Assembly: GCA_963772455.1 (NCBI GenBank) | Contig: CAVYXJ010000007.1 | Coordinates: 32,001-96,000 of the forward strand | DNA length: 64,000 bases | Direction of reading: 5' to 3' | From: Candidatus Bathyarchaeota archaeon | GTDB lineage: Archaea > Thermoproteota > Bathyarchaeia > Bathyarchaeales > Bathycorpusculaceae | Shown here: piece by piece, positions 59,104 to 64,000 of the stretch | Position numbering within the stretch: the stretch's first letter is position 1 | Layout of the letters: every line of letters starts with the position of its first letter | The notes under the pieces: model-generated | The model's database searches: none | Told to the model about the DNA's origin: nothing | What the model saw: the letters and a program-made list of their open reading frames with translations, nothing else | Made by a program: the position numbers and the translations under genes

Positions 59104-60060
59104 ATGTCAGAGCAGAAATTCATTACTCCATTAAAAGTGGGTTTACTGATAGTTGTTATCTCATATTTCCTGTTTACTTTGCACGGTATGTTTACGCTCT
59201 CATGGATTGGCGAGTGGGATCGCATGGGAGGAGGAGCCTTTGGCACCATGATACTTGTCGAAGACATCTCCGCAACCATTGGATTGGTTTTCAGATTCGC
59301 CGCCAGTATTTTAGCGATGGTAGGGATTGGAGTTTACTTTATCAAAAAAAGCATTTCAAAACCCGTGACCTACAAAGTAGTTAGATTGGTTCTGATTTTT
59401 GAAGGAATATACTGGCTAGGACTTAGTGCCACTGCAGGCTATAGCATTCTAAGTTTTGGATTAACACTTCTACAATTTCGATCAATAGAAACTGTATTAA
59501 ACTCCCTATTTCTAAGTGCCATTCCAACTATAATTGAAGCAATTGTTCTCCCAATTGTCTTATTTGTTTTCGCCTTCAAACTAAACCCAAACAAACCATT
59601 GAAAACACCGATAAAGTGGGGATTAATCACCGGCACAATTTACATTGTAGTTTTCTGGCTAATCAACACAAGCATTTGGGAAGGGGTTGTATGGGGGGGT
59701 TTGCACCCAAAAGGAATAGAATACTTGACGGCTAACCCAGAAAACCTTGTAAGTTTCATTCTGACTGTATTTGGTTTGCTAGCTTTAGTAATTTACTCAT
59801 CATACATTACCAAGAAGTCAAGTGGAGTAGAAACTTTGCAGGACTTGAAATTCGGAGCTATCGGAGGAATAACCTTGGCTCTTGGAATGTACTTTTTGTG
59901 GAACTACTTGAGTTGGGTCATTCTTGCAGGTGATAAATGGAATAATTGGTATGCATGGTTCCTTGGACACAACATGGACTTATGGATGCTATCTTTGCCG
60001 CTGGTTGCTTTGCCATTGCTCTTCTACAAATCACTAAAAAAACAACCAGAGACTCAATAG
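59104..60060 (+). CDS. Hypothetical multi-pass membrane protein
   Basis: About eight hydrophobic segments over 318 aa. Confidence 0.75.
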   Translation: MSEQKFITPLKVGLLIVVISYFLFTLHGMFTLSWIGEWDRMGGGAFGTMILVEDISATIGLVFRFAASILAMVGIGVYFIKKSISKPVTYKVVRLVLIFEGIYWLGLSATAGYSILSFGLTLLQFRSIETVLNSLFLSAIPTIIEAIVLPIVLFVFAFKLNPNKPLKTPIKWGLITGTIYIVVFWLINTSIWEGVVWGGLHPKGIEYLTANPENLVSFILTVFGLLALVIYSSYITKKSSGVETLQDLKFGAIGGITLALGMYFLWNYLSWVILAGDKWNNWYAWFLGHNMDLWMLSLPLVALPLLFYKSLKKQPETQ

Positions 60061-60149
60061 TCAGATCGAATATTAGAAAAAGTTTAAGTTAAAAAATCTA
60101 TTATTTTTTTGTTTGTGAATATAATAAAAAACTATTGAAGAAAAAAAGG

Positions 60150-60452
60150 TCAGTCCTTCTTTTCTAACTTGACGATGTAGACTTCTTTGTTGCGTACTCT
60201 GAGCGCTAAGTTGAATTTTCTTTCTGGTATTCGGTTGAATTTTTTTACTCTGAATGTGAATGGTGCGTACATTGACCGTACGGTTTTGCCTTCGACTTCA
60301 AGTTTGAACATTTTTTCAGGGCTTTCAATGACTTGTTTGAAGAGTACATCGTATTCGGGGATTTTGGCGATTTTTCTTCCTTCGGGGATTTCTTTGACTG
60401 GAGTGGCTTTAGCAACTATATGCTTGTTCTTGATTTTTTCTTGTTTAGACAT
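60150..60452 (-). CDS. Small basic hypothetical protein
   Basis: 100 aa, Lys-rich, globular beta-rich pattern. Confidence 0.6.
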   Translation of the reverse strand: MSKQEKIKNKHIVAKATPVKEIPEGRKIAKIPEYDVLFKQVIESPEKMFKLEVEGKTVRSMYAPFTFRVKKFNRIPERKFNLALRVRNKEVYIVKLEKKD

Positions 60453-60584
60453 CTTTAGTCACACTATATATACTGTAGACTCACTATATAACACTTACAT
60501 TAACATTGTTAAAATAATAATGGTTAAGTTATAATAATATCCACTTATATAGAAACACTGAGAATATAATTGGGTTAATTTGTC

Positions 60585-60743
60585 TTATTCGCCTCTGGTA
60601 TCATTACGATTGCATTCTGCTTTTGGACGATACTCAACTTTTTTATGTCGTTCTTTAAAATGCTTCTCACATTCTTTTACACGCACAAGCATCCACTCGT
60701 TTTCTTCGTATACACATCCACAAAGCAAAGTTTTAGTCGTCAA
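60585..60743 (-). CDS. Small Cys/His protein (52 aa, below the ORF-track cut-off)
   Basis: MTTKTLLCGCVYEENEWMLVRVKECEKHFKERHKKVEYRPKAECNRNDTRGE; AAGGT SD-like element before the TTG. Confidence 0.5.
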   Translation of the reverse strand: MTTKTLLCGCVYEENEWMLVRVKECEKHFKERHKKVEYRPKAECNRNDTRGE

Positions 60744-60943
60744 GATTACTACCTTCAAACAAATTGGCTTTATCTAATCAATGTATCAGTAATCAATTAC
60801 TCATAATGATTTCTCTCACAGTTAACCTTTCTAATATGGACTTTTTATACAGCTTTAACTAAAAGAAGAGATTATTGTCTTTGTTTAAAAGAGTAACATT
60901 TTAGAGTATGTATTGGTTTCTTGTTTGCTTGTAGTGTCGAAAT

Positions 60944-61069
60944 ATGAGCGTTATGAGTAGAAAAAATAAAAATACACAGATTGAACAAAAAAAGAAACTG
61001 GAACGAGAAAAAGAAGCAAAAAAGAAAGCATTGAAGAATCAACTTCCACCTAAAGGAAAAAAGAAATAA
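60944..61069 (+). CDS. Very small Lys-rich peptide (41 aa)
   Basis: MSVMSRKNKNTQIEQKKKLEREKEAKKKALKNQLPPKGKKK*. Confidence 0.4.
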   Translation: MSVMSRKNKNTQIEQKKKLEREKEAKKKALKNQLPPKGKKK

Positions 61070-61090
61070 CTTCCTTAGCTTTAGTTGGAA

Positions 61091-61537
61091 CTACCAATCA
61101 TCTCGTTTGCTAAATTGCTCTTTCTTTGTTGTTTTTTCAATATCTCGATAAAGATCTTTTTCCGACTCAGAGATAACTGCTAAATCATTTCCTGTAACGC
61201 TTTTGACACTTGGAACTTTAATCAATCTGGATTCACGTGTTATAGGCACATAATCCACGGTTACTTCTTTGAAAGTCTGTAGAAGCTTTTCATCCGAAGA
61301 CCATAATTCATACATTTCAATTTTTATGCTATGCTGGCCGGCAGGTATGCCTTTCATATCCAGCACAGGCTTCAATTCAAATTCATCTTTTGCCAAAGGA
61401 CTTTGAGGAATCATTACTGAAAAGGATTTGATTTGTTGGTTATCAAACCATAAGTCCAACTTTACCTTTGAAAACAAGTTTTTTGATGGAATTAGAGTGA
61501 AACTGACTTTAAGTTCTAACTCATCCTCTTTGGTCAA
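61091..61537 (-). CDS. Hypothetical beta-rich protein
   Basis: 148-aa ORF with Ig-like alternating patterns; the true start may lie further upstream. Confidence 0.65.
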   Translation of the reverse strand: MTKEDELELKVSFTLIPSKNLFSKVKLDLWFDNQQIKSFSVMIPQSPLAKDEFELKPVLDMKGIPAGQHSIKIEMYELWSSDEKLLQTFKEVTVDYVPITRESRLIKVPSVKSVTGNDLAVISESEKDLYRDIEKTTKKEQFSKRDDW

Positions 61538-61670
61538 GGTGTCAATTTCAGTTATAATTATGCTGTTTTGTTGTAATCATTGAAGGCATTTGAATTGGTT
61601 TTTCTTTGGCGTTAGGCAGGTTGTCAAGAGTTAATTGTTTGTGTATTTTGGGGTTTGGCGACATTTTTCT

Positions 61671-61874
61671 TCAGTTAACGGTTTTCTTTATTTTTTTCTT
61701 TTCCTTGATGTTTTCCTTTGTTAGCTCCTCTTCAATAACTTGAATTGCGCTTTTTATTCGAAGAAGAGTGTTTCTAAGAGCAGTCTGCTTGTTTTCCAGT
61801 TCGGCGAGAGCTTTTTGACCTGACGCGTATTCTGCTCTAAGTTCTGTTAGACGTTGTTCAAGTTGTTGATTCAA
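61671..61874 (-). CDS. Small coiled-coil protein
   Basis: Heptad pattern QLEQRLTEL..EY..GQ..LAELE...TLLRI..AIQV; GGTG SD. Confidence 0.7.
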   Translation of the reverse strand: MNQQLEQRLTELRAEYASGQKALAELENKQTALRNTLLRIKSAIQVIEEELTKENIKEKKKIKKTVN

Positions 61875-61938
61875 GAAGACACCAAGTTAGAAAGGAGTGA
61901 ATACTTTTAAAATCTCTTCCTATCGTTGCACACTTTTA

Positions 61939-62488
61939 TTAAACTGGTAAATTCTGTTGTTTTTTGAATATTTCTTCTCGCCACTTATGCTCCCAACTAG
62001 CCCAACCAGTCTTTACTAAGACTCTCCCTTAAATGAGGTTTTTCAGCAACCCATTCAATAAACCTATAGAATCGCCTATTATCCTGCAAAATTTCTTCAG
62101 GCACACCTTTTTCAACGCACCATCTAACGTACGCTTTTTCAACCAATGGCTTAAGTTCCCCTGTTGATTCGACCTTTTGAACTTTGAAACCTTGGTCTTG
62201 TAAGTAAACAACGACACTGGATAAGACGTATTCTGAGCAAACTTTGAAGCATGTTTCAGAGTCAGGCTGCATTACAGTTATTATTTCGTTCGCAATTTTG
62301 ACGGCGTCTTCTAAATATTTCTTATTTTTGAAGTTTGGCGGTTGAAAAGATGCGGTGGGGATTCGTCGTTCCATTAGCATAGGATGGGGAGGTTTGAGGG
62401 CACCAACCACAACGCCCAATAAGAGATCGCTCCATCCTGAAGCCTCAATAAGAATGGTTTTGTCAGGTAGAAAACAGTCCAACGCCAA
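61939..62488 (-). pseudogene. Hypothetical RNase H-like-fold protein with a probable 3' frameshift
   Basis: N-terminal ILIEASGWSDLL.GVVVG. One extra base near 62017; the shifted frame continues VKTGWASWEHKWREEIF to TAA 61939. Confidence 0.5.
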
Positions 62489-62681
62489 ACAGTATCACTC
62501 AACGTTTAGAGATACTATGTTTTTGTTTTTCTACCTTTTGTTTAATAAGTGTAATTGTTGGATTTAGAACCACTTTAATAAGAATCTTTTATTAAAAAAT
62601 ATTCTTCACCAAGAGAAGCAGTAATCTAGTTGAAATTTGTAACAATGACTACTACTAAAACTCAATCAAACAGAGTTAAAA

Positions 62682-62722
62682 GAAGAACAACAACACAGAT
62701 TTTTCAACTGTTGTTGTTCTTC
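62682..62722. repeat. Perfect 14-bp inverted repeat
   Basis: GAAGAACAACAACA-N13-TGTTGTTGTTCTTC. Confidence 0.7.
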
Positions 62723-62991
62723 AAACCTTGACACAATCTGTAGTTAGAAAAAAAACTAAAAAATGTATCTCATAGAAGTTGTACAAGACGAATTTTCAGG
62801 TGAACAATTACTTCTACCTTAAATTGCACCAGAAATATAGAAGCATGTTGGCACGATCCAATGCAATCGCTATGAACATAGCAAAATTAGGACACACTTC
62901 AACTATGGTATAATTAAATGCTATTCTAAATGATGCAAGAAATTTATGAAAAATCAACCTAAAATAATATGAATTCACACCTGGGAAAAAG

Positions 62992-63064
62992 TAGCCCGGG
63001 GGAGATTCGAACTCCCGTCGGTGGGTCCAAAGCCCACTATGCTTGACCACTACACCACCGGGCT
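62992..63064 (-). tRNA. tRNA-Gln(TTG)
   Basis: AGCCCGG/CCGGGCT-A acceptor (A1-U72), GTGGG-CT-TTG-GA-CCCAC anticodon arm, GGGAG-TTCGAAT-CTCCC T-arm. Confidence 0.95.
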
Positions 63065-63305
63065 GCACGGTTTGAATTAGCACTTGTTTTATTTATTGTT
63101 AGAGGTGTAGGGTGGCTTTTTTGTTAATAAGCGTTCTCACTGTAAAGTGGTTTATTTTATTTTTGAATTGAGATTAATGAAGCAAGCCTACGTTTTATGT
63201 GAGCGCGGTTATGTTGTTTTTTACACTTTTTTATGTTATTTTCCATAAGTGTTTTATTCATGTATTGGGGATTTCGAGCCCATTATGTGCAATAGGTTTA
63301 ATAAA

Positions 63306-63321
63306 CCACAAAGCTTAAATA
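63306..63321 (+). promoter_or_regulatory. Probable BRE/TATA promoter upstream of tfb
   Basis: CCACAAAG-CTTAAATA about 105 nt before the TTG start. Confidence 0.45.
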
Positions 63322-63426
63322 CTAAATCAATTCCTTTGGTAAGTTTGCGCGGGCCGAATGTACTATTTTCTAGCCAGAATGGCCTATGGTGACGGTTCTA
63401 CGCACATCAATTGAGGTAGAAGAGAA

Positions 63427-64000
63427 TTGAGCAAAAAAGAAACACCTAAGACAACCCAGCGCTTACAAGATAAGTGCCCAGAGTGCGGTAGCGATAATTT
63501 AGTTCACGATTACGATACAGGAGAGACAGTCTGCGGTGACTGTGGATTAGTAGTTTACGAACAAATGATGGATAAAGGACCCGAATGGCGTGCTTTCACC
63601 CAAGAAGAAAAAGCTTCAAGGAGCCGAGTTGGAGTCCCAACTTCTTATTCTGTTCATGACAAAGGATTATCCACAGCCATCAGCCAAGTTGATAGAGATG
63701 CATTTGGAAGAAAATTACCCCTTTCCACAAGATTGCAGATGTGGCGTCTACGTAAATGGCAAATACGCAGCAGAGTTCATTCATCCATAGATCGCAACCT
63801 TGCACAAGCCATGGCTGAACTTGACCGCTTGTCGGATAAAGTCTACATACCCCCACCAATTAAAGAGAAAGCCGCTGTCGTCTACAGAAAAGCATTAGAC
63901 AAAGGATTAGTTCGCGGCAGATCAATAGCTGCCATAGCTGCAGCTGCGTTGTATGCTGCTTGCCGAGGAAGCGGAACACCACGCACTCTACGCGAAATCG
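63427..64000 (+). CDS. tfb: Transcription initiation factor IIB (5' part, runs off the window)
   Basis: TTG after GAGGT; CPECGS...GETVCGDCGLV, GPEWRAF, HDKGLST, RLRKWQ, GLVRGRS. Confidence 0.96.
   Translation, partial: MSKKETPKTTQRLQDKCPECGSDNLVHDYDTGETVCGDCGLVVYEQMMDKGPEWRAFTQEEKASRSRVGVPTSYSVHDKGLSTAISQVDRDAFGRKLPLSTRLQMWRLRKWQIRSRVHSSIDRNLAQAMAELDRLSDKVYIPPPIKEKAAVVYRKALDKGLVRGRSIAAIAAAALYAACRGSGTPRTLREI

Noticed and set aside
63590-63790. 66-aa ORF in the ORF track
   Set aside because: It is an off-frame shadow inside tfb.
1-64000. Many 60-150 aa antisense or off-frame ORFs; CRISPR arrays, rRNA, transposases, integrases
   Set aside because: The short ORFs overlap well-supported genes and carry no motifs. 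No repeat-spacer array or mobile-element enzyme was seen.

Overview
Archaeal chromosomal segment, most consistent with a TACK lineage such as Bathyarchaeia. This is an inference from the unsplit RpoB, single-chain RpoA, diverged EF-2 paralogue, HdrCB-MvhGA cluster, tandem AORs and multi-intron tRNA. It is mostly housekeeping and metabolic: cdc6-wHTH-moaCBA, pdaD, nucS, rpoB-rpoA-rpl30e-nusA, pepF, uppP, two aldehyde:ferredoxin oxidoreductase modules, ogg1, purE-purC-purP-purP, a group 3c [NiFe] hydrogenase with HdrBC, an lsrF-like operon and the 5' part of tfb. Three tRNAs are present: Leu-CAA with two introns, Ile2-CAT and Gln-TTG. The most notable items are (1) a three-gene Smc5/6-like operon with a hingeless SMC ATPase, a kleisin-like protein and an Nse1-like KITE; (2) a free-standing LAGLIDADG gene with both catalytic Asp residues ending 20 nt before the two-intron tRNA-Leu, in a small island with a DNA methyltransferase and a minimal PD-(D/E)XK nuclease where rpoH is normally found; (3) an EF-2 paralogue without the diphthamide motif; (4) probable ATA/ATT start codons; and (5) a cluster of single-base frameshifts at 53-62 kb. 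No CRISPR array, rRNA, integrase or transposase was seen. All calls come from motif recognition by eye; no database searches were run.
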